Shown in pieces: positions 23,926-31,841 of a stretch of DNA of 41,181 nt (positions are counted from its first letter, which is position 1; each line of letters opens with the position of its first letter). The DNA is from a virus. A program made the position numbers and the translations under genes. Below the pieces are notes generated by a model. It made no database searches. It had not been told where the DNA came from and saw nothing but the letters and a program-made list of their open reading frames with translations. The stretch spans positions 1 through 41,181 of IMG/VR virus record IMGVR_UViG_3300031825_000032, one strand, 5' to 3'.

Positions 23926-25478
23926 TGGCCGAACCGTGGAAGAAATATCAGCCCGAAGGCCCGTGGCAGCGCCATGCTGGCACGCCGAAGGGTGTCAAGG
24001 CGCCGCAGGGCCGTGGCGGCTTTGGCGACACGCTGAAGGCCGCTGACGTGGGTAAGGGCATTCCGTTCGTCGATGAGGCTGCCGCTGCGCTCTACGCACT
24101 TCCCGGCGCCGCTATCGACGCGGCGAAGGGGCGCGGCTTCGATCCCGGCGCTGCCTATGACCGGATGCTGAACACGCAGGTGGAGCAGAAGGCGTATGAT
24201 CGCCAGAACTCGCCCGTCGCGTCCGCCGTTGGCGAGGTTGCGGGCGGCGTTGGGACATCGCTTGCGCTTCCCGGGGGGCAGGCGGCGACGCTTACCAAAG
24301 GGCTGGCGAACTCCGGCTTGTACGGGCTTCTGTACGGCGCCAGCGAGAATAAGGATGACCGCCTGATGGGCGGGGCCAAGGGCGCGGCAAGCGCCGTCGC
24401 GGGCGATCTGATCGGGCGTGGGCTCCTAAAGGGTGCTGGCAAAGTTCTCAGGGGCGCGACACGCCTGCCGGAAGCGGAGCTACTGCGGGGCGCTGGTGTT
24501 CGCACGACTATCGGGCAAGAACTCGGCGGCAAAATGAAGCAGGCCGAGGATGTTCTTTCCGGGTATGCGATGGCTGGCTCTGGCGCGCGGGAGATGCGTC
24601 GGCGCAGCATCACGGACCTAAACCGCGCCATGGCCGATGAGGCCCTGACCGACATTGGGGCGAAGACGAGTCCGGCGTCGATGCCGGGCCGTGAGATGAT
24701 CGACGACATGGCTTCGAAGGCGGACGATGCCTATAGCGCCGCGCTTGATGCGATCAACGCGAAGGTTGACAAGCGCTTTACGTCGCACCTCCGCATGTCG
24801 AGCGGCGATCCCGTCGTAAAAAGCCTGATCGATGATGAGATTATCCCGCGCATTAACGGCGGAAGTGTTGATGGGCGTAGCATCCAGGAGATCAAGGAGA
24901 TTCTGGATAGCGAAATCTCGCTTTACAAGAAAACGCCAGGCCAGCGTGCGGTTGCACAGAAATTGCGCGGGCTTCGCGATGAGGTCATGGGACTTGTTGA
25001 CCGCTCTGGTGGAGGGCCGGCATATAGCGCCGCCCGCTCGTCCTATGGCAAAGCGCAGACCGTTCTGAAGGCGTCGGCGAAGTCTACGACGGACGGCATT
25101 GCCACACCGCGCCAGTTCAGCATGGCCATTCGTGAAGGCGCCAACAAGTACGGCGCGAAAGGGGCTTACGGGCGCGGCATGGCGCCCATGCAAGACCTCG
25201 CTGATGCCGGCGCTTCAGTCCTCCCGTCCGTTGTCCCCGATAGTGGCACGGCGGCGCGAACTGCGGCGATGAGCACGATCTTTAACCCGATTAAGTGGCC
25301 GGGAGCAGTGGCTGCGCAGGCGCCAAACCTGTTCTACACGCCAACGGGACAGGCGGCTCTACGCAAGCTTATCATTGATAGGCCGGACATCGCTCGTAAG
25401 TTGGGGCTTCTCGGCGACCAGCTCGCCGCCCCAGCGGGGCTCCTTGCTGGCGTCGCTGGCGCTCAGGGCGTCCAGTGA
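23925..25478 (+). CDS. Internal/ejection-like virion protein, 517 aa, Gly/Ala-rich
   Basis: TAATG overlap. Starts MAEPWKKYQPEGPW. Last gene before the terminator. Confidence 0.7.
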   Translation: MAEPWKKYQPEGPWQRHAGTPKGVKAPQGRGGFGDTLKAADVGKGIPFVDEAAAALYALPGAAIDAAKGRGFDPGAAYDRMLNTQVEQKAYDRQNSPVASAVGEVAGGVGTSLALPGGQAATLTKGLANSGLYGLLYGASENKDDRLMGGAKGAASAVAGDLIGRGLLKGAGKVLRGATRLPEAELLRGAGVRTTIGQELGGKMKQAEDVLSGYAMAGSGAREMRRRSITDLNRAMADEALTDIGAKTSPASMPGREMIDDMASKADDAYSAALDAINAKVDKRFTSHLRMSSGDPVVKSLIDDEIIPRINGGSVDGRSIQEIKEILDSEISLYKKTPGQRAVAQKLRGLRDEVMGLVDRSGGGPAYSAARSSYGKAQTVLKASAKSTTDGIATPRQFSMAIREGANKYGAKGAYGRGMAPMQDLADAGASVLPSVVPDSGTAARTAAMSTIFNPIKWPGAVAAQAPNLFYTPTGQAALRKLIIDRPDIARKLGLLGDQLAAPAGLLAGVAGAQGVQ

Positions 25479-25590
25479 TTCCTTGCGGGCTCGCGCCCAG
25501 CCCATAAAGCCGACGATTAGCGTCTTGATGATGGCAACCCAGAACGGCGTACTCATCCGCCCCTAATTCCACAAAATCACAAAAACCTCA

Positions 25591-25617
25591 AGCCGTCCTC
25601 ACCGGGGCGGCTTTTTT
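25591..25617. terminator. Bidirectional-looking rho-independent terminator
   Basis: agccgtcc/ggggcggct stem. TTTTTT on the plus side; T-rich (TTTTTGTGATTTTG) on the minus side. Confidence 0.65.
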
Positions 25618-25632
25618 CGTTGGAGAACCGCC

Positions 25633-26955
25633 TTGGCCGTTAAAGACTGGTCCACCACAGCGTCGTCGAATACGTCCGTTGGCGGCGTCAGCATTGCCGA
25701 ACTGTGCCCGCGCGCTAACCTGAACAACGCGCAGCGCGCAATGATGGCGGAAATGAAGACGTGGATAAACGATCGTCCGCTGACGCACATCAAGGATGTT
25801 CTTGATGTCACCATCGACGGGGCAACCGATCAGACTTCGACGCTGACGGCGTATCTCGCCACGCTCACCGGCTCGCGGCTCAACCTGTACCTGCCGCCGC
25901 AGCTCAAATACGAGCCTGACACGGTCATGGCAGCGGTTCCAACGGGCGTCACGCTCGTCATGGATGACGATTGCAACTGGGGCCAGCCTCCGGGCTACTC
26001 GAACCGGTTCCGCATCACGTATCGCGGCGACACGGTTTCGAACGACAGGCAGGAGATCATCTCGTCGGGCCACCACCCGGCCCTGATGCTGCTAAACATG
26101 GGTACGGCGGGGAGCGGGGCGGCCTCAAGCCGCTATGCGTCCATCCTGCATGGCGTGGGCCGCGATCCGAACGGCGACCCCTTGCTCGGCTTCATGTACC
26201 AGATGGCGAAAGACCCGTCGTCGAGCGCATGGCGCGTCTCGCTTCGCCTGCAAACACCATATGCGGTCGCGACGACCCTTCAGGCATGGGCGGCGACAAC
26301 GGCGTTCGGCCTTAACGAACACTGCGTCACCACGGCCGGGCGGGTCTACAAGGCGACCGTCGCCGGCACGACAAGCTCCACCGAGCCGACGCACACGTCC
26401 AGCACGGCAACCGATGGTTCGGTGACGTGGGAGTATGTCCAGGGCGCCATTAACATCGATTCCACGCGATGGGATTTGAACGAGAGCGGCGCGATGGGCC
26501 TTTACGGCTCGGCGGTGTCCGCGTTCACGATGCAAGGCGGGAGTCGACAGCTCAAGATTTCCGTTGATGACGCCACCGATGATGTTGCGTTCCAGGACAT
26601 TTCGCGCGGGCTGGACATCTTCAGAACAACGTCAACATCGGGCCTTCAGTTCGGGTTCGCGCAGTCGTTCAAGTGGCTGAACGTGAGCGGAGCAACGCCA
26701 ACCGCCCCCGCAACCGGCGCCGGGTATGTGAACAACGGCACGGCCACGACGATGACCGCGATGACCGCACCGAACAGCCAGACCAATGCGACGGTTACGC
26801 TGTTCTTCGCGAATGGTAACACCACCATCGAGCACGGCGCCAACTTCGTTCTCAAGGGCGCGGTTAACGCAACCCCCGCCGCGAACACGTTCATAACGCT
26901 CGTTCGGTACGGCACGCACTCGTCGGCGTGGATTGAATTCCACAGGAGCTATTGA
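25633..26955 (+). CDS. Tail fibre protein
   Basis: TTG start 7 nt after GGAG. N-terminal DWSTTASSNTSVGGVSIAE...NNAQRAMMAEMK motif is typical of alphaproteobacterial phage fibres (from memory). Confidence 0.75.
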   Translation: MAVKDWSTTASSNTSVGGVSIAELCPRANLNNAQRAMMAEMKTWINDRPLTHIKDVLDVTIDGATDQTSTLTAYLATLTGSRLNLYLPPQLKYEPDTVMAAVPTGVTLVMDDDCNWGQPPGYSNRFRITYRGDTVSNDRQEIISSGHHPALMLLNMGTAGSGAASSRYASILHGVGRDPNGDPLLGFMYQMAKDPSSSAWRVSLRLQTPYAVATTLQAWAATTAFGLNEHCVTTAGRVYKATVAGTTSSTEPTHTSSTATDGSVTWEYVQGAINIDSTRWDLNESGAMGLYGSAVSAFTMQGGSRQLKISVDDATDDVAFQDISRGLDIFRTTSTSGLQFGFAQSFKWLNVSGATPTAPATGAGYVNNGTATTMTAMTAPNSQTNATVTLFFANGNTTIEHGANFVLKGAVNATPAANTFITLVRYGTHSSAWIEFHRSY

Positions 26956-28724
26956 TGATCCTCGACCGCCTGCAAAAGGCGCGACTCGAAGTCAACACGG
27001 TCATCAATGACGGACGCCGCGCCCTCTACGCCATCGACAAGGCGATTGAGGAAGCCGATGCCCCGACGCCCACCCCAACGCCTACGCCAACACCTACGCC
27101 TACCCCCACTCCTACCCCGGTTCCCCTCCCTGAGCCACCCCCGGTCGGGGAGGGGGAGCTTGCGACGAATACGGGACGCTGGCCTGTGGAAGTCCTCGCG
27201 GGCGGCTACAAGGTCGGCGAAGAGGTGTTCGTCACCCGCGCGCCTGATGGTGACGGCACGATCGATGAGGAGATGCGCGACTATCGCGGCGTCACCTTCT
27301 CGCTGCTACCGGGCTCTGTAAGGTGCGCGGGCACGCCGGGACCGACTGCCACGCCCGAACGGATGCTGAAGGCGATTGCAGACAGGCGCATCCTGCCGTA
27401 CTCGCTGGCTGCGTTCGAGGGATGGGCAAAGGCCCCGACGATCAAGGCTGAACCGGAAACAGCTTACCGGCCTGACCTCGTTTACGGGCGGTCATCTTCA
27501 AACAATGCCATAGCGTACACGCTGAGCGGGCAGGGCGGTGAATACGGATCATCGCGGGGGTTCCTGTCGGCCGATGACGCTCATCTCGTCATGGGCGCCG
27601 TGGACGGAAACGAAGCGCAGTTCGCGGCGGCTGCGGAGGATTGTTTTTCGGATGTCCTCTACGGCCTGAGCCTGCCGAACTTCGCGATATGGTCGGAAAA
27701 GAACCACTGCCTGCGCGACCCCCAGACGCCGTTCCCCGGTGAACTGCCTTACGTCAATGCAGGAACATCGAAGACCGAGAATTACAGCGACGAAGGCAAG
27801 CTGACCTTCGCGGCAGGTCATCCGGCTATCGAGATATACGACGCCGTCGCCGGGACCGCGTATCAGCACGGGCGGGACACGTCGCACCTGTTCAACCACG
27901 GGTACGCCTATTGGGTGGCGTCAGGTGACTGGCGCGCCGCACTTCTGCAGCAGGCGATTGCGGCCTATTCCCTCGCGAGCGTGTATCAGGGTGCCTATCT
28001 CGATGGCGCGACGCGGACGCAGTTCGGCTATCAGCGCTGGACGATCAACATGTGGACCGCCGCATGGAAGCTGCGCGACGTTGCTCTTCATGCATCGGGT
28101 CCGCTGCTTTGGGACAAGGACCGCTCGCTGCGTCATGCGAACGGCGTCATTGCGGACTGGAAGCGCCGGATCGCGGAGATGGACGCGGCGACCGACATTT
28201 ACAGCCGGGCGTCTTCGATCTTCCGTGGCATCGACAACGGCGTCACCTCAAACGACAACGCCTATTCAAACTTCATGATCCAGCTTTACGGGCCAGAGAC
28301 TGCTTACCTCTGGGCGTCGGCTGGCGAGGGCCTGATGCTCCACCGCATTGCCGAGAACATGGTGCTGCGTTTTGGGCGTATCGGCGGCACGCGCGGGATC
28401 TACGGCAAGGGCACGGGTTCGGCGTTCAAATTGCTCGAAGGTAGCACGCTGCCCTATGACGATGCGGACGGCCTTGTCCGCTGGACGAACGACGGCAACA
28501 GCCTGCCCAACGACAGCTTCGACGGCGCCGCGCAGCACACGGTACAGAGGGCTTATTGGGCGCTGCGTCTCGCGGAGGACGCGGTGCGCCGGGGCTGGTG
28601 CGCGCCTGTCGCCGGACTGGCCGACGCGATCTCCGCAATGGAAGCGTGCCGGGCCAAGAAGGCGCCGAACAAAGATTTGAGCGTCGTGAGTGTGAAGCAT
28701 GGAGGGGTTGCGTTTGATGTCTGA
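26955..28724 (+). CDS. Tail-associated protein with a (PT)9 linker and a large C-terminal domain, possible polysaccharide depolymerase/lyase
   Basis: TGATG overlap. Short N-terminal helix, a PT repeat, then about 500 aa with HLFNHGYAYW and GYQRW motifs. Confidence 0.7.
   Translation: MILDRLQKARLEVNTVINDGRRALYAIDKAIEEADAPTPTPTPTPTPTPTPTPTPVPLPEPPPVGEGELATNTGRWPVEVLAGGYKVGEEVFVTRAPDGDGTIDEEMRDYRGVTFSLLPGSVRCAGTPGPTATPERMLKAIADRRILPYSLAAFEGWAKAPTIKAEPETAYRPDLVYGRSSSNNAIAYTLSGQGGEYGSSRGFLSADDAHLVMGAVDGNEAQFAAAAEDCFSDVLYGLSLPNFAIWSEKNHCLRDPQTPFPGELPYVNAGTSKTENYSDEGKLTFAAGHPAIEIYDAVAGTAYQHGRDTSHLFNHGYAYWVASGDWRAALLQQAIAAYSLASVYQGAYLDGATRTQFGYQRWTINMWTAAWKLRDVALHASGPLLWDKDRSLRHANGVIADWKRRIAEMDAATDIYSRASSIFRGIDNGVTSNDNAYSNFMIQLYGPETAYLWASAGEGLMLHRIAENMVLRFGRIGGTRGIYGKGTGSAFKLLEGSTLPYDDADGLVRWTNDGNSLPNDSFDGAAQHTVQRAYWALRLAEDAVRRGWCAPVAGLADAISAMEACRAKKAPNKDLSVVSVKHGGVAFDV
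27063..27119 (+). repeat. Coding (Pro-Thr)9 microsatellite-like linker
   Basis: ccg acg ccc acc cca acg ... read in frame. Confidence 0.9.
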
Positions 28725-28956
28725 TCTAATCCTTTCGCAAAGGGTCGAGAAATTGGAATCCACCATACGCGAGCAAGGCGCGAAGCTCGACACGATCATG
28801 GAGCGGACGGAGAGGTTCGACGACCTTGACGATACCATCCGCACGCTCGGGAAGGTGGCGAGCGGCATACACAAGATCGCCAAGTGGTTCGCACCTATCA
28901 TTGTCGTGATCGGTGCGGTGGCGGGGCTCTGGGCGACCGTGCGGGGGATCAAGTGA
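28717..28956 (+). CDS. Holin candidate, 79 aa (coiled-coil N-terminus, one C-terminal TM)
   Basis: WFAPIIVVIGAVAGLWATV TM segment. Immediately upstream of, and overlapping, the endolysin gene. Confidence 0.55.
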   Translation: MSDLILSQRVEKLESTIREQGAKLDTIMERTERFDDLDDTIRTLGKVASGIHKIAKWFAPIIVVIGAVAGLWATVRGIK

Positions 28957-29456
28957 GCGCCAAGCTCTATGCATGGAGCGCGGCCGCTATGGTCACGTTG
29001 GCAACCCCACTTGTGGCTGAGTGGGAAGGTTACAGCCTCAAGCCTCGCTGGGACCGGATCGGCGGCGTCATGGACGTGTGCTACGGCGACACCGAAGCCG
29101 AGATGCGCGAACACACGAAGGCCGAATGCCTGGGGCTTTTGCGCATCCAGCTCAGCAAGCGCGGGGACGCCATCGCCAAGTGCGTACCGGGCCTTGTGGA
29201 GCGGCCGACAGTTTGGGCGGCGGGTACGTCATTGGCGTATAATGTCGGCGTTCCCGCATTCTGCAACAGCACCGCCGCGCGCCGGTTCAACGCCGGCAAC
29301 TGGATCGGCGGCTGCGAAGCGTTCAAGATGTGGGTCAAGGCCGGCGGTAAGTACGTCCAAGGTCTCGCCAATCGCCGATATGCCGCGAACGACGGGCGGA
29401 TTCCCGAATACACCATCTGCATGTTGGGCCTTGGCGCGAATGTGAGCGTTGCATGA
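28953..29456 (+). CDS. GH24 phage lysozyme, probably SAR-type endolysin
   Basis: GTGA overlap. AAAMVTLATPLVAEWEGYSLKPRWDRIGGVMDVCYGDT has the catalytic E...D...T layout. Confidence 0.85.
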   Translation: MSAKLYAWSAAAMVTLATPLVAEWEGYSLKPRWDRIGGVMDVCYGDTEAEMREHTKAECLGLLRIQLSKRGDAIAKCVPGLVERPTVWAAGTSLAYNVGVPAFCNSTAARRFNAGNWIGGCEAFKMWVKAGGKYVQGLANRRYAANDGRIPEYTICMLGLGANVSVA

Positions 29457-29896
29457 CCGCCCTCCGCTACTGGCGCGAGGCCCTGTTCGTCGCGTTCGTG
29501 ATCCCGCTGACGTTCGTCTGCTGGGTGCGGGGGGAGCAACTGGATGCCGCGAAGGAGTGGCAGGGCAGTGTGATCGCAGCGCTCACCGAAGCGTCGGGCG
29601 CGGAGAATCCTGTCGCAAAAAAGAACGTGACGGCGGGCATTCGCGCTCTCGGCAAGTCGGTTGACCGGCTCACGGTCGCGGTCGCTGAACAGAACGCCGC
29701 CGTCGCCACACTCGCGCGCACGGCGGCAGAGAGGCAGAAAGCATCACAGGATGCGCTACGGGCTGCGGAGAAGCGCAACGAGGCGCTGGCGGGCAAGATT
29801 GCCGGTCTGGAGCGTAGCGCGTCTATACGGCGCTCTGACGGGGTTGTGTGCGAGGTGAGCGAGGCTGTTAGCGAGGTGTGGGCGTCCAACCCGTGA
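29453..29896 (+). CDS. i-spanin (Rz-like)
   Basis: ATGA overlap. N-terminal TM (ALFVAFVIPLTFVCWV) followed by coiled coil. Confidence 0.7.
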   Translation: MTALRYWREALFVAFVIPLTFVCWVRGEQLDAAKEWQGSVIAALTEASGAENPVAKKNVTAGIRALGKSVDRLTVAVAEQNAAVATLARTAAERQKASQDALRAAEKRNEALAGKIAGLERSASIRRSDGVVCEVSEAVSEVWASNP

Positions 29897-30053
29897 GCAG
29901 AGCCTCAACCAGCACCTCGACAGGCCCCGGTATCTCGCGGTCGCCCGCCTCCCATTTGCGGATGGTGCGCGCATCACAGCGCATCAACGCAGCGAGCCCG
30001 GCCTGCGTTAGGCCGAGCTGCTGGCGACTTGTCTTAAAGGCCGTTGGCTGCAT
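29868..30053 (-). CDS. Small XRE-family HTH regulator, 61 aa (Aca-like or immunity-like)
   Basis: LGLTQAGLAALMRCDARTIRKWEAGDREIP. Overlaps the small upstream ORF by 20 nt and the i-spanin 3' end by 29 nt. Confidence 0.75.
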   Translation of the reverse strand: MQPTAFKTSRQQLGLTQAGLAALMRCDARTIRKWEAGDREIPGPVEVLVEALLTGWTPTPR

Positions 30054-30216
30054 CGCACGCCTGCAAGGTCACATCGTTGCCGTTCATGTCCAGCACGCGG
30101 CGCAGGTTGCCCGTGTGGGCGGACTGGTAGACCTTGCCGGCCGCTTTCAGCGTGCGGTGACGAGAAACCAGCGAAGTGTCCTGCTGTTCGGCGTTCGCGT
30201 AAACCGTGTACTGCAT
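30034..30216 (-). CDS. Small ORFan, 60 aa (MQYTVYANAEQQDTSLVSRHRTLKAAGKVYQSAHTGNLRRVLDMNGNDVTLQACDAANGL)
   Basis: GGGAGA SD 6 nt before ATG 30216. First gene of the two-gene minus-strand operon. Confidence 0.6.
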   Translation of the reverse strand: MQYTVYANAEQQDTSLVSRHRTLKAAGKVYQSAHTGNLRRVLDMNGNDVTLQACDAANGL

Positions 30217-30263
30217 TTTCATTCTCCCGTGTCCGGTGGGCTGAGCCCGTTTCTGATGAACAA

Positions 30264-30292
30264 TACATAGGCCCATTGGGCCGCACGTGCAA
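30264..30292 (-). promoter_or_regulatory. Promoter of the small-ORF/HTH operon: TTGCAC-N17-TATGTA, with palindromes in the spacer
   Basis: Plus gtgcaa at 30287-30292 and tacata at 30264-30269. GGCCCATTGGGCC at 30270-30282, GCACGTGC at 30283-30290, GGGCTGAGCCC at 30238-30248. Confidence 0.55.
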
Positions 30293-30304
30293 GGACTAAA
30301 TGCG

Positions 30305-30559
30305 ATGCGCGCGATTTTTTTTCTGCTGCTCCTCGGGGCCTGCGCTTCCAAGCCCGCAATTGAAGTCCGAACGGTGCGTGTCGAGGTGCCGGTGCCGGTT
30401 GCGTGCGTTGCGGCTGCCGATGTTCCCGAGCGCCCCGGTCCGCTTCCACCGCGTCCAGAGGATGCACGGCAGGCGCTTGATCTGGCTGTCGCGAAGGTGC
30501 TGGAATGGGTTGGTTATGGCGAACGGGCGGATGCGGTGCTGCGGGGGTGCACTGAGTAG
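30305..30559 (+). CDS. Lipoprotein, o-spanin (Rz1-like) candidate, 84 aa
   Basis: MRAIFFLLLLGAC lipobox. Pro-rich mature part with Cys residues. AAGGA SD. Confidence 0.6.
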   Translation: MRAIFFLLLLGACASKPAIEVRTVRVEVPVPVACVAAADVPERPGPLPPRPEDARQALDLAVAKVLEWVGYGERADAVLRGCTE

Positions 30560-30742
30560 GACTGGCTCAGGGGGCAGGTGGCGGTGGAGCGCCACTAAGT
30601 GCGCTGAAATTCACAAGCAATCGTAGTGCGTTATATCGCAGTTGCCACTTAAGCTCAATCGGATGCGCTTAAGTGCGTAGCCGCTCACAAACCCGCCCTC
30701 CACGATCATCAACGGCGCTTGATGTTATTTGGTGAGGGGCAA

Positions 30743-31171
30743 CTACTCGGGCGCTCCGCGCGCTATAGCCTCGGCGACAGCTTTGACACCAAATATTCGG
30801 GAGGCTCTCATCTGATCGTCTAGCGACAGTTCACGGACAAGATCAGAGAAGCTCGGGCGCTCGCTTTTCATCGCCACTCGCCACACTATACCGCGGTCCT
30901 GATCTTCACGCATCCCGGTCCGAAACGCCTCTTGGATACCAGCGTCGTCCTTGCCATCCCTAAACGCATCGACAGCGCGGGCCATTGCCATGTCAGGATA
31001 CCCAGGCGGGCTGTCAAACGGATCACGGCGCGGCTGTCCAAGAGCCCCGTTTCCGACATGCACCGGGACCGCCATCTTGGCCCAGCAATACGACTGAAGG
31101 GCCTGCGCTTCGCTTTTCCCGCTGCGCAAGGTATCGATCAGGACTTTGATGTTCGGGTCGATGTCAGTCAT
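30743..31171 (-). CDS. Hypothetical protein, 142 aa (last gene of the accessory block)
   Basis: ATG 31171. The longer TTG-initiated extension to 31363 looks non-coding. Confidence 0.55.
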   Translation of the reverse strand: MTDIDPNIKVLIDTLRSGKSEAQALQSYCWAKMAVPVHVGNGALGQPRRDPFDSPPGYPDMAMARAVDAFRDGKDDAGIQEAFRTGMREDQDRGIVWRVAMKSERPSFSDLVRELSLDDQMRASRIFGVKAVAEAIARGAPE

Positions 31172-31451
31172 CCTCGTATCCCAATAAGCGCATAAAGCGC
31201 GTTTATGCGGTAAGTGCTGAGGCCGATCCAACACCGCCAGACCGGCCTCGAATGCTCTTCCTGCGCATGGCAGGCGAGACCTCCGCACCACTTCCCCGTT
31301 CGCGACCGGGCTGGCAGGTGCCGCCGATAGTTGGGTTGCGTCCGTTGTTGCACCGGCCCTCAATTCGGAACCGCCACACGCAATCGGGCGGGCCTACTTC
31401 CTGGTCCCTAACCAGCGTCAGGGGCACGCACCCGTGCCGCCGCAAACCACC

Positions 31452-31841
31452 TCACCCACTACCAGAATCCGCAGATTCCGGCAAGGGTGGGGTGATGGCC
31501 GCGAGCATAGCTTGCCAGACACGCTTGGCTTCCCGTTTCTGCAGTACGGACGGCCCGCCCATGTATACGGTGCAGGGTGGTGTGCCGCCAGCGTTGAGCA
31601 TATCATCTCCCGGCTCTCTCAGCCTCTCCAGCACAGTGCGGATGGCTGCGTCGGCTTTCTTGAGGGTTGCTTCGATTTCAGGGCCGTGCGTCTGATCGGC
31701 GTAGTGGCGCGCAGTTTCATCGTCGTGACCTTGCGACAGGCAAAAGTTCACCATTTCATCCCAATACCAGAATGGACGCGGATCTATCGCCCGCGCCACG
31801 GCCTCGCGCATCGTCTCAGGGCCATCCTTATCCATGTTCAT
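31452..31841 (-). CDS. Hypothetical protein, 129 aa
   Basis: ORF track; ATGA overlap with the upstream gene. Confidence 0.6.
   Translation of the reverse strand: MNMDKDGPETMREAVARAIDPRPFWYWDEMVNFCLSQGHDDETARHYADQTHGPEIEATLKKADAAIRTVLERLREPGDDMLNAGGTPPCTVYMGGPSVLQKREAKRVWQAMLAAITPPLPESADSGSG

Noticed and set aside
25633-26955. Diversity-generating retroelement targeting the tail fibre
   Set aside because: There is no reverse transcriptase gene, and no template/variable repeat pair is visible anywhere in the genome.
29449-29858. Embedded o-spanin (Rz1-like) ORFs in alternative frames of the i-spanin gene (29449-29664, 29661-29858)
   Set aside because: Neither has a signal peptide or lipobox, and both are Arg-rich shadow frames. 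The separate lipoprotein at 30305-30559 is the better candidate.
30743-31363. Full 206-aa version of the last accessory gene starting at TTG 31363
   Set aside because: The N-terminal 64 codons have poor coding character, contain the 31189-31209 hairpin and lack an SD. ATG 31171 is preferred, though its SD spacing is also imperfect.
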